Below the pieces are notes generated by a model that saw only the letters and a program-made list of their open reading frames with translations, searched no databases and was not told the origin of the DNA. Below are positions 23,046-31,512 of a DNA stretch of 64,000 nucleotides, one piece after another. The DNA lies in NCBI GenBank assembly GCA_965195345.1, contig OZ239628.1, positions 1,728,001 to 1,792,000 of the forward strand, in the 5' to 3' direction. The position numbers and the translations under genes were made by a program. This DNA comes from an uncultured Thiomicrospira sp. Its GTDB lineage: Bacteria; Pseudomonadota; Gammaproteobacteria; CAKMZV01. The stretch's first letter is position 1. The number at the start of each line of letters is the position of its first letter.

Positions 23046-24101
23046 ATGCTTAAAGTACTTAAAAAATGGTATCAATCCACTGATATTGATCTAACGAAAG
23101 ATTTTGAGGATTTGTTTGCTCAAAAAGGCATCGTAATGGATGAGCAACAACAACGAGCTATTGTTCATCTTGACGTTCTCTTAAAAACCATTCATTCATC
23201 GAATTCTTTTCAGAAAAATCAAAGCATCGGTGTGTATTTATGGGGTGGCGTTGGCCGTGGAAAAACGATGATTATGAACGCTTTTTTTCAAAAATTAAAA
23301 CGAAAAAAAATACGATTACACTATCACGAGCTGCTTCAGCAACTGCTTAATCAACTAAAAATATTTGACAAGACAGACAATCCTATGGATTCGGTCATAC
23401 ATCAGCTCGCTGATAATGCAAAGGTATTGTGCATAGATGATTTGCATATTCACGACATCGTCGATGGCACACTATGGCAAGGTGTTTATCAAAATGCCGT
23501 TAAACGCAAACTATTCCTAGTAATCACTTCCAACTATCACCCTGATAAATTACTCGATATTCCTGGCTATCAATTTAAAATTCGTCCTGTTCTTGATGCA
23601 ATGAAACAGAATATGGAAATAATCCAATTGGACGCTGGCGTTGACTATCGTTATCAAAAGCTTGAAAACCCACCTTCAACAAGGAATATGCAAGACGAAG
23701 CGCTTGATGCGATTTTCGCTCAGTTAATCGATAATGAGATAACTGTTCAAAATGGTGTGATAACGATTCAACACCGTCCAATTCAATATCTTAGAAAGAA
23801 TGAAAAAATTATTTGGTTTGAGTTTGATGAAATTTGCGGAAGCATAAGATCTTACCGTGATTATCTCGATTTAAGCGATGCCTTTTCAACGTTTTTTGTC
23901 TCAGGAATCAATGAAGAAAACATTCAAGACCCTATTTGGCTCAAACGTTTTATCTGGCTGGTTGATATCCTCTATGATAGAAATATCCCTTTTTATCTGG
24001 GCTCTTCAGAACCTGTACTTAATTTGATAAAAAAAGCACCTTCAATCGTTGACTTTGATAGAACAAAAAGTCGATTAAAGCAGATGCTTTTTCTTACGTA
24101 G
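23046..24101 (+). CDS. zapE: AFG1/ZapE family ATPase
   Basis: GVYLWGGVGRGKT, TSNYHPDKL, DYR, RTKSRL. Confidence 0.85.
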   Translation: MLKVLKKWYQSTDIDLTKDFEDLFAQKGIVMDEQQQRAIVHLDVLLKTIHSSNSFQKNQSIGVYLWGGVGRGKTMIMNAFFQKLKRKKIRLHYHELLQQLLNQLKIFDKTDNPMDSVIHQLADNAKVLCIDDLHIHDIVDGTLWQGVYQNAVKRKLFLVITSNYHPDKLLDIPGYQFKIRPVLDAMKQNMEIIQLDAGVDYRYQKLENPPSTRNMQDEALDAIFAQLIDNEITVQNGVITIQHRPIQYLRKNEKIIWFEFDEICGSIRSYRDYLDLSDAFSTFFVSGINEENIQDPIWLKRFIWLVDILYDRNIPFYLGSSEPVLNLIKKAPSIVDFDRTKSRLKQMLFLT

Positions 24102-24200
24102 CTTGACATTAACGACCGTATTAAGGATTAGATGATATTAAGCATCCTGTATATTTTTCATGAAATGGCTGGTAAGCGATTGCGACCAAGCACTGTGTTT

Positions 24201-24650
24201 TTATTGTACATTCAAGGAATCTACGCACACTAACTCCTTTCGCATGACAATGGCACTATCAGGACACAGTACACGAAATTCTTCACATTGTTTTATGCAA
24301 ACAGGGGCGTTTTCTTTTTGTATTGTTTCATAACCGAGGGCAGAAAAATACAATTCTGCGGTATTCGTTAGCAAATACATTATTCGAACATTATTCTCTT
24401 GCGCGTGTTTTTCAATTTCTCGCACTAACTTTAATCCAATACCACGACTTCTGAAATCACTCGACACCGCCAATGAACGTAATAAAGCTTCTCTTCCAAA
24501 ATTTTCCAAACCTACCAATGCACATAATGTGTCATTTTCGTAATAACCGATAAATTGACTTAAATCTAATTTTTGCAAATCTTCCGTAGGCAAATCACTG
24601 CTTGCCAATATTTGATGAACATCCTCAATAGATGGATTGAATTGAATCAT
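24201..24650 (-). CDS. GNAT acetyltransferase (ArsN2-like)
   Basis: LPTEDL, ALLRSLAV, RSRGIG, YLLTNTAELYF, CPDSAIVM. Confidence 0.8.
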   Translation of the reverse strand: MIQFNPSIEDVHQILASSDLPTEDLQKLDLSQFIGYYENDTLCALVGLENFGREALLRSLAVSSDFRSRGIGLKLVREIEKHAQENNVRIMYLLTNTAELYFSALGYETIQKENAPVCIKQCEEFRVLCPDSAIVMRKELVCVDSLNVQ

Positions 24651-25489
24651 ATAGTGAAACGCTCTCCTGTTTCTAAAGATTGATAGATATTATAAAGCAC
24701 CTTAGCACCCGCATTATCTACATTAGGGGCACCTAACCCTTCAATAACGTGTCTTTTATCGAGGGTTCTAAATTCAAAACTAAATCGCACCTTATTGGAA
24801 GTATTAGGAATTGAATCGTGTAAATGCGCAGAAGAGAACGCTAAACATTGATCGGGTTCAATTACTACAGCAACGCCGTTTTTTGGCTCTTCAAGGCTCG
24901 ATGGCGCTCCCTTGTAGTCAAGTTTTTCTCCCGCCTTAGCGGCTTTTTTCTTTTGCATGTACGTAGAAAAAGACCACGAATCAGTATCATTGGGCATGGG
25001 ATTATTCCAATAATGTGGGTAAAAACGAATAGTACGGTTTGTATCAATTGGGTATATTGGCGCCCACCAATTTACCTGCGCTTGAACGTTAACTCCCCAC
25101 GTGTCACGATGAGCATGTACATGATCATGCAACCAACGCTTCTCATAAAAATTCACGGGCGGTGCAGCGCGTAAAATAATTTTATCCCAATATAAAAATG
25201 TAGAGTCAATACCCCATGACTTGAAAACTTGACGAACCGTATCTCGCTGTTCATTCTGAATAGCTTCACGAGCCTTAACAAGTAGTGCTATGAAATGCGT
25301 ATGATCAATATGATTATGAGCATCTGTTGGATGATAAGGCATAAAAACCTCTTCCAAAATGCCTGCCATTTTCTTGCGCCATTGCGCAAAAAAAGCATCT
25401 GTAGGTTGAACACAGAACAACTGTCCTGAAAAAATCTGTGGATAAAACTTTTCTTCTAACGGCGAACCAATAATTTTCAAAAAATCCAT
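24647..25489 (-). CDS. Putative Fe(II)/2OG (PhyH-like) dioxygenase-fold protein
   Basis: HxD motif (HAHRDTW), NWWAPI, distal His (HLHDS) and RFSFEFR fit a double-stranded beta-helix oxygenase. Confidence 0.55.
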   Translation of the reverse strand: MDFLKIIGSPLEEKFYPQIFSGQLFCVQPTDAFFAQWRKKMAGILEEVFMPYHPTDAHNHIDHTHFIALLVKAREAIQNEQRDTVRQVFKSWGIDSTFLYWDKIILRAAPPVNFYEKRWLHDHVHAHRDTWGVNVQAQVNWWAPIYPIDTNRTIRFYPHYWNNPMPNDTDSWSFSTYMQKKKAAKAGEKLDYKGAPSSLEEPKNGVAVVIEPDQCLAFSSAHLHDSIPNTSNKVRFSFEFRTLDKRHVIEGLGAPNVDNAGAKVLYNIYQSLETGERFTI

Positions 25490-25541
25490 ATCCCACCTCT
25501 TAACAAAATTTATATCCCAGTAACCAACTATAAATTAAGTT

Positions 25542-25570
25542 AAGTCTGGGCAGCATAACTGCCCAGACTT
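25542..25570 (-). terminator. Stem-loop downstream of the GcvT-family gene
   Basis: Perfect 12-bp inverted repeat AAGTCTGGGCAG-CATAA-CTGCCCAGACTT. Confidence 0.75.
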
Positions 25571-25578
25571 TGAAAGTT

Positions 25579-26859
25579 TTATGATTCCAGTTTATGTCCT
25601 GTTGCTGACAGACCAGTCCCAGAACTTTCAGGTTTTTTGAAAGGCGTTGGAACCACTTCGGCATCAACTGGAGTTGCTGAATATTTTTCAGGCAACACTA
25701 CTTTCATTTTGGTGCCTATTTTTGCGTACTCACTTGGCACAAAAGCAAATGCAATATTGCTTTCTTGCGATGGAGAATACCATGCTGAGGTAATATGCCC
25801 TATCAATTCATCACCGTCAAGGACATGATAAAAATCAGCCGGATACCATTCGATATGCTTGCCGCCCATACGTATACCAACAAGTTTATGGGTTGCGCCT
25901 TTATCGTGTATTTTTTGCAAGGCTTCTTTACCAATAAAGCTATCCTTTGTGAAATCTACTTGCCAGCCAAGACCTAATTCATAAGGGTTATTCTCTTGGT
26001 CCATGTCTTGTCCCCAAGAAAGAATTCCTGCTTCAATACGACGATGATGCCCTGGAGCAATTACTTTCAAGTTGAACGCTTTACCAGCCTCAAGAACTGC
26101 ATTCCACATCTTCTCTGCATTTATAGTTGCATCTTTCAAATAGATCTCATAACCAAGCTCAGTTGAGAATCCTGTGCGTGAAATATAAACATCACAACCA
26201 TTGATGACTGCTTTCATCATACCATAGTATGCAATATTGTTAATCTCATCACCAAAGATCGAGATCATCAAATCACGTGATTTTGGACCTTGAATTTGTA
26301 CTGGAGCAACATCAATCTCATGGATTTCAACATCCATACCAACTAATGCATTAACCCCTTGCAAATATATACCAATATCCGAATCTGAAAGCGAGAACCA
26401 AAACTCATCTTCAGCAGGACGAAGAAGAATAGGATCGTTAAGCACTCCACCATATTGATTACACAAAATCACATAACGCGCTTTCATAACTGCACACGAT
26501 GAAGCACGACGAGTAATGACTTGATCAACAAATTTTTCAGCATCGGGTCCTTTAACCTGAATTTGTCTCTCAACTGCGACATTCCACATTGTTACATGCT
26601 CGGTCAAATATTTATATTCTTCCATTAATCCACCATCTTCAGGCTTAATATAGGCACGTGGATGGTAAATTCGGTTGTACACAGAATGACACCAGCATCC
26701 TGCTTCTTGCGACAAATGCCAGTAAGGACCTTTGCGGATACGCGTATCAATTAATATGCGCGATCCTTCAGCGGTTGCACCTGTATCACCAGGAACACTG
26801 CGACTATCACCACTTTGAATAAGTTGAATAGGCACTTTTCTTTGTTTTAGTTTAGACAT
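25579..26859 (-). CDS. GcvT-family THF-dependent aminomethyl/methyltransferase (DmdA paralogue)
   Basis: WNVAVERQIQVKGPDA, NDPILLR, SRTGFSTELGYEIY, RRIEAGILSWG. Confidence 0.85.
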   Translation of the reverse strand: MSKLKQRKVPIQLIQSGDSRSVPGDTGATAEGSRILIDTRIRKGPYWHLSQEAGCWCHSVYNRIYHPRAYIKPEDGGLMEEYKYLTEHVTMWNVAVERQIQVKGPDAEKFVDQVITRRASSCAVMKARYVILCNQYGGVLNDPILLRPAEDEFWFSLSDSDIGIYLQGVNALVGMDVEIHEIDVAPVQIQGPKSRDLMISIFGDEINNIAYYGMMKAVINGCDVYISRTGFSTELGYEIYLKDATINAEKMWNAVLEAGKAFNLKVIAPGHHRRIEAGILSWGQDMDQENNPYELGLGWQVDFTKDSFIGKEALQKIHDKGATHKLVGIRMGGKHIEWYPADFYHVLDGDELIGHITSAWYSPSQESNIAFAFVPSEYAKIGTKMKVVLPEKYSATPVDAEVVPTPFKKPESSGTGLSATGHKLES

Positions 26860-26928
26860 AGTTCATCTCCATATATTAAAAAAGTTTATAAACCCATGTT
26901 AATATTCATACATCCTTTTCAAAATGCA

Positions 26929-27738
26929 TCAAACATCAACTCCAAATTTAGCCAAATCATCAAATGCTCCAGAATAATTTCCAAAAGCATAACAATGCAA
27001 TCCAGCTATTTTTTTTGAAGCCAATAGTGGCTTTAAAAAATCATCACTCTTATATTCGGTTAGTAATTTGAACATATTTTGTTTTTTTAAAAAAACCAAT
27101 GCTTTTTCAATACCAACTAAAGAGGCCATTTGAACCAATTTACTCAATTTACAGGGCGCTACAAAACCAACACATAGTCCCGTGTCAATTCTGTGCGCAC
27201 GCAATAAATCAAGATAATTTAATACTGACTGAGACTCAAAACTCATTTGTGTCATTAACAGCGTTTGTTTCCCTTGTCTTTTTGCCCAAGCAATTTTCTG
27301 CTCTATAAAATCAATAGCAATATTCGTATCCTCTGCATGAAGATGACCTTCTGGAAAAGCAGCAAAATACGTTACAGGTGCCTCAAGATTGTCAACTTCA
27401 CCACTATCAAGAAGTTGTTGCACACTCTCGAAACATTCTGGTTTATCATTATCTCCCCCTAAAAATAATACACCGTCCACCCCTATCTCATTAAGTCGGC
27501 TAATGATGGTAGGAAAATCTTCTGTCTTCTTGATGTTTCGTGCTGCTAAATGTGCAACCACTTGAAATCCAGACTCCTTCAACGAGGCACATGCTCGTAA
27601 TCCATCATTGAAATCAGAACCATTTATGTGGGTAACAAACACTTTTGTTTGTTGGACAGGAACACTTCTCGATGCTTTTTGAAAAGCACTCAACAACTTA
27701 TCTTCGTGATTGGGGAAAACTTCAATGGACAAATGCAT
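26929..27738 (-). CDS. Methylenetetrahydrofolate reductase-like protein
   Basis: LSIEVFP, HLAARNI, LFLGGD, FPEGH, TQMSFE; next to a THF demethylase. Confidence 0.75.
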   Translation of the reverse strand: MHLSIEVFPNHEDKLLSAFQKASRSVPVQQTKVFVTHINGSDFNDGLRACASLKESGFQVVAHLAARNIKKTEDFPTIISRLNEIGVDGVLFLGGDNDKPECFESVQQLLDSGEVDNLEAPVTYFAAFPEGHLHAEDTNIAIDFIEQKIAWAKRQGKQTLLMTQMSFESQSVLNYLDLLRAHRIDTGLCVGFVAPCKLSKLVQMASLVGIEKALVFLKKQNMFKLLTEYKSDDFLKPLLASKKIAGLHCYAFGNYSGAFDDLAKFGVDV

Positions 27739-27797
27739 AAATACACCAAATAATTTTATCTAGATTAAATCTTTAACGATCAACCGTAGCATAGCAA

Positions 27798-27811
27798 CAC
27801 CCTCTAAAATT
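27798..27811 (+). repeat. Left copy of 14-bp direct repeat CACCCTCTAAAATT (island boundary)
   Basis: Exact copy at 34697-34710, and both copies are followed shortly by GGTGAATT. The left copy is also part of the inverted repeat CACCCTCTAAA-A-TTTAGGGGGTG. Confidence 0.7.
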
Positions 27812-28189
27812 TAGGGGGTGAATTATAAATCTTGATTATGGAATGAAAGCCCCTATTTATATTAAAATTTTCAATGGGTTGCTTTGCTAAATTTGCATTA
27901 TCTGGCGTATTAAATAAGTGCATAAATGCACCAGAGCAGTTTAAAGAAAGATATCGATGAATTGATGAAGACTCGGGTTGGAATAGAAAATGTAAACTGG
28001 AAGAGTGATTTTGCAACCGATTCAAAAAGAACTGAACGAAAAAATCAGAGAGCTGATGAATACTCAATTTTTAGATAGATAATGAACATGGTAATGGTAA
28101 TATCAAACTAACCAATGCCAAACAGCTTAAGAAGCAAATCTGCTCTATCTTAACATGTGCACTGAGTGCCCCAAAGGAACTGTTGTAGA

Positions 28190-28376
28190 TTTTGTTAAAC
28201 GGAAGGAAGGAATATGTTAAGGATACAGTAATATCCAACGATCTATTGCTTGCACCATATCTTAAGGTACTCATAACGGTTCACTTAAGAGTTTCTTCTT
28301 TTTTGGAAACGAGGCAACGTTAGAATACATATAATATATTTAATACCAGTTTAATACAATTCATGCGGAGTAAACT
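28190..28376 (+). promoter_or_regulatory. Duplicated upstream/promoter region of the paralogue array (copy A)
   Basis: Closely similar to 29160-29352: shares AATATCCAACGATCTATTGCTTGC, CATAACGGTT, AACGTTAGAAT and the GCGGAGTAA RBS. Confidence 0.65.
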
Positions 28377-29042
28377 ATGAATGAAAAAAAACAATCTTTG
28401 TTAGGTGGTGGAGAAGAATTAAGAGCAGTTTGTACTCCTGACTCAGGAGCTGCAGGAGTAAATGTCACCATAACAGCGACGCCTGCGTCTGAACCCTCAG
28501 GATTCCACAATCTAACCATTTTAGGCGGAGTAATAACATCATTAGAAACAGGGTTAGCCGAAAGATTAGATAATGTAGAAGCTGTGGAAGATGCAAAAAT
28601 TTATACTACAACGCTCCCTAATGATCTTGATGAAGGACACTACGATATTGTCATAGATTTAATATCACACGTCCCAGGTGCAGAAGAGTCACGCTTTACG
28701 ATTAAGGCCAGTTATGAGGTTGAGGCGCATAAACCGGGTAAAAATCCTGAGGTAAGAACAATCATCCCATCGACAGTTTCGCAAGCTGAATTCAATACAA
28801 AAGTATTCTCTGCGCAGGGAACTAATTTTGATAAGTTAAATGTTCAGCGTGGTGCTCAAATAATTTCTGAAACTGGATTAACCAGATTAAGCATAACGCC
28901 TCAAAGTGATACAAGATGCCTTATACGTGTACTCAATCCATCTGGCACTCCTCCTTCGGAGGGTGTTTGGGCAATGTTCATGTACAGCAGCGGTGGAGAA
29001 CCTATTTCATCAACATCTAGGATTCGAGTGGTGAAAGAATAG
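28377..29042 (+). CDS. Hypothetical two-domain Ig/IPT-like protein, paralogue 1 of 4
   Basis: GGAG RBS; beta-sandwich patterns CTPDSGAAGVNVTIT, LPNDLDEGHYDIVI and PEVRTIIPS..FSAQGTNFD; no signal peptide. Confidence 0.7.
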   Translation: MNEKKQSLLGGGEELRAVCTPDSGAAGVNVTITATPASEPSGFHNLTILGGVITSLETGLAERLDNVEAVEDAKIYTTTLPNDLDEGHYDIVIDLISHVPGAEESRFTIKASYEVEAHKPGKNPEVRTIIPSTVSQAEFNTKVFSAQGTNFDKLNVQRGAQIISETGLTRLSITPQSDTRCLIRVLNPSGTPPSEGVWAMFMYSSGGEPISSTSRIRVVKE

Positions 29043-29160
29043 TAAGCGCACCAAATGTCATCATATAATCCAGTATTCTAAGAAACATTTCTCACTCATA
29101 GATTATATAAATCCAATTATGGAAAAAGATTACCTAACTTGTAATCGCTATCTGCCGATG
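29043..29160 (+). pseudogene. Decayed 5' remnant of the 1014-aa gene with its leader
   Basis: Matches 31439-31590: CACCAAATGT, TCCAGTATTCT, TCACTCATA, TTATATAAATCCAATTATG (ATG 29119 vs 31513), TAACTTGT, TATCTGCyGAT. Confidence 0.7.
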
Positions 29161-29352
29161 TTTTTTTAAACGGGAAAAATGAAACCTTTTAGAATTCAGC
29201 AATATCCAACGATCTATTGCTTGCGCTATGTCTCAAGGTATTCATAACGGTTTAATTAACAGTTTTTCTTTTTTGAAAGCGAGATAACGTTAGAATGCAT
29301 ATTACTATACTAATTTAAATATGAGTTCAACACCATCCGTGCGGAGTAAGCT
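29160..29352 (+). promoter_or_regulatory. Duplicated upstream/promoter region (copy B)
   Basis: Paralogous to 28190-28376. Confidence 0.65.
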
Positions 29353-30021
29353 ATGAATGAAAAAAAACAATCTTTGTTAGGTGGTGGAGAAGAAGTGAGA
29401 GCAGTTTGTACTCCTGATTCAGGAGCTGCAGGAGCACATGTCACCATAACAACGACGCCTGCATCTGAACCTTCAGGATTCCATGATCTAACCATTTTAG
29501 GCGGAGTTGTAATATCACTAGAAACTGGGTTGGCTGAAAAATTAGATACTGTAGAGGCTATGGAGGATGCAAACATTTATACTGCAGTTCTCCCTAATGA
29601 TCTTGATGAAGGACACTACGACATTATCATAGATTTAACATCACACCTCCCAGGTAAAGAATCGACACGCTTTACGATTAAAGCCAATTATGAAGTTGAG
29701 GGGAATGAGCGAGGTAAAAATCCTGAAATAAGAACAATCACCCCATCAACAATTTCGCAAGCTGAATTCAATACAAAATTATTCACTGTGCAGGGAAAGA
29801 ATTTTGATCAGTTAAATGTTCAGCGCGGTGCTCAAATACTTACTGAAGCTGGAGCAACCAGATTAAGCGTAACGCCTCAAAGTGATACGAGATGCCTTAT
29901 ACGTACAATCAATCAAGCTGGCACTCCTCCTTCGGCAGGTGTTTGGGCAGTGTTCATGTTCAGCAAAAGTGGAATACGTATTTCATCAGCCTCTAGGATT
30001 AGAGTGACGGAAGAAGAGTAA
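29353..30021 (+). CDS. Hypothetical Ig/IPT-like protein, paralogue 2 of 4
   Basis: Same family as paralogue 1; PEIRTITPSTIS..FTVQGKNFD is an IPT/TIG-like pattern. Confidence 0.7.
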   Translation: MNEKKQSLLGGGEEVRAVCTPDSGAAGAHVTITTTPASEPSGFHDLTILGGVVISLETGLAEKLDTVEAMEDANIYTAVLPNDLDEGHYDIIIDLTSHLPGKESTRFTIKANYEVEGNERGKNPEIRTITPSTISQAEFNTKLFTVQGKNFDQLNVQRGAQILTEAGATRLSVTPQSDTRCLIRTINQAGTPPSAGVWAVFMFSKSGIRISSASRIRVTEEE

Positions 30022-30062
30022 GCGCACCATACGAGTTCAATACAATCAATACGGAGTAAACT

Positions 30063-30731
30063 ATGAATGAAAAAAAACAATCTTTGTTAGGTGGTGGAGA
30101 AGAAGTGAGAGCAGTTTGTACTCCTGATTCAGGAGCTGCAGGAGCACATGTCACCATAACAACGACGCCTGCATCTGAACCTTCAGGATTCCATGATCTA
30201 ACCATTTTAGGCGGAGTTGTAATATCACTAGAAACTGGGTTGGCTGAAAAATTAGATACTGTAGAGGCTATGGAGGATGCAAACATTTATACTGCAGTTC
30301 TCCCTAATGATCTTGATGAAGGACACTACGACATTATCATAGATTTAACATCACACCTCCCAGGTAAAGAATCGACACGCTTTACGATTAAAGCCAATTA
30401 TGAAGTTGAGGGGAATGAGCGAGGTAAAAATCCTGAAATAAGAACAATCACCCCATCAACAATTTCGCAAGCTGAATTCAATACAAAATTATTCACTGTG
30501 CAGGGAAAGAATTTTGATCAGTTAAATGTTCAGCGCGGTGCTCAAATACTTACTGAAGCTGGAGTAACCAGATTAAGCGTAACGCCTCAAAGTGATACGA
30601 GATGCCTTATCCGTACAATCAATCAAGCTGGCACTCCTCCTTCGGCAGGTGTTTGGGCAGTGTTCATGTTCAGCAAAAGTGGAATACGTATTTCATCAGC
30701 CTCTAGGATTAGAGTGACGGAAGAAGAATAA
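30063..30731 (+). CDS. Hypothetical Ig/IPT-like protein, paralogue 3 of 4
   Basis: Differs from paralogue 2 by one residue (A168V). Confidence 0.7.
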   Translation: MNEKKQSLLGGGEEVRAVCTPDSGAAGAHVTITTTPASEPSGFHDLTILGGVVISLETGLAEKLDTVEAMEDANIYTAVLPNDLDEGHYDIIIDLTSHLPGKESTRFTIKANYEVEGNERGKNPEIRTITPSTISQAEFNTKLFTVQGKNFDQLNVQRGAQILTEAGVTRLSVTPQSDTRCLIRTINQAGTPPSAGVWAVFMFSKSGIRISSASRIRVTEEE

Positions 30732-30772
30732 GCGCACCATACGAGTTCAATACAATCAATACGGAGTAAACC

Positions 30773-31438
30773 ATGAATGAAAAAAAACAATCTTTGTTAG
30801 GTAGTGGAGAAGAAGTGAGAGCAGTTTGTACTCCTGACTCAGGAGCTGCAGGAGTAAATGTCACCATAACAGCGGCGCCTGCGTCTGAACCTCCAGGATT
30901 CCGCAATCTAACCATTTTAGGCGGAATAGTAACATCATTAGAAACAGGGATAGCCGAAAGATTAGAGAATGTAGAGGCTGTGGAAGATGGAAAAATTTAT
31001 ACTGCAACGATCCCTAATGATCTTGATGGAGGGCACTACGATATTATCATAGATTTAATATCACACGTCCCAGGTGCAGAAGAGTCACGCTTTACGATTA
31101 AAGCCAGTTATGAGGTTGAGGGGCATGAACAAGGTGGAGATCCTGAGGTAACGAGAATTACCCCATCGACAGTTTCGCGAGCTGAATTCAATACAAAAAT
31201 GTTCACTGCGCGGGGAAGGAATTTTGATGAGATATATCATGAGCGTGGTGCCCAAATATTTACTGAAACTGGATTAACCAGATTGACTTTAACGCCTCAA
31301 AGTAATACGAGCTTCCTTATGCGTGCAACCAACCCAGCTAATACTCCTCCTTCGGTAGGTATTTGGGTAGTGCAAATGTACACCAGAGATGGAATGCGTA
31401 TTTCATCAGCCTCTAAGCTTCAAGTGACGGAAGAATAA
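30773..31438 (+). CDS. Hypothetical Ig/IPT-like protein, paralogue 4 of 4 (divergent C-terminal domain)
   Basis: N-terminal half resembles paralogue 1; the C-terminal domain carries many unique substitutions. Confidence 0.7.
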   Translation: MNEKKQSLLGSGEEVRAVCTPDSGAAGVNVTITAAPASEPPGFRNLTILGGIVTSLETGIAERLENVEAVEDGKIYTATIPNDLDGGHYDIIIDLISHVPGAEESRFTIKASYEVEGHEQGGDPEVTRITPSTVSRAEFNTKMFTARGRNFDEIYHERGAQIFTETGLTRLTLTPQSNTSFLMRATNPANTPPSVGIWVVQMYTRDGMRISSASKLQVTEE

Positions 31439-31512
31439 TAGGCACACCAAATGTATCGTACAGTCCAGTATTCTCAGAAAAATTTTTCACTCATACTTAT
31501 ATAAATCCAATT

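Larger units (their letters stand above)
29353..31438 (+). repeat. Gene-sized tandem repeat with 710-bp period (paralogues 2-4)
   Basis: Starts at 29353, 30063 and 30773; near-identical 41-bp spacers at 30022-30062 and 30732-30772. Confidence 0.95.

Noticed and set aside
27804-28274. Minus-strand ORFs 27804-28067 and 28071-28274
   Set aside because: No recognisable motifs or RBS; they lie in the decayed/promoter DNA of the island.
28377-28412. MNEKKQSLLGG as a double-glycine export leader
   Set aside because: It is too short, lacks the ELxxxxL pattern, and no C39 peptidase-ABC exporter is in the window.
29353-30772. Copies 2 and 3 as a pure assembly duplication
   Set aside because: They differ at three coding positions and in their upstream context, which favours a real recent duplication. 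Long reads are needed to exclude an artefact fully.
29310-30915. Repeated minus-strand ORFs (29310-29576, 29999-30286, 30709-30915)
   Set aside because: They are antisense shadows of the paralogue genes and repeat only because the sense genes repeat.
28377-31438. Repeats interpreted as a CRISPR array or a diversity-generating retroelement
   Set aside because: The units are whole genes (710-bp period) with no repeat-spacer structure. No cas or reverse transcriptase gene is in the window, and the differences are not confined to adenines.
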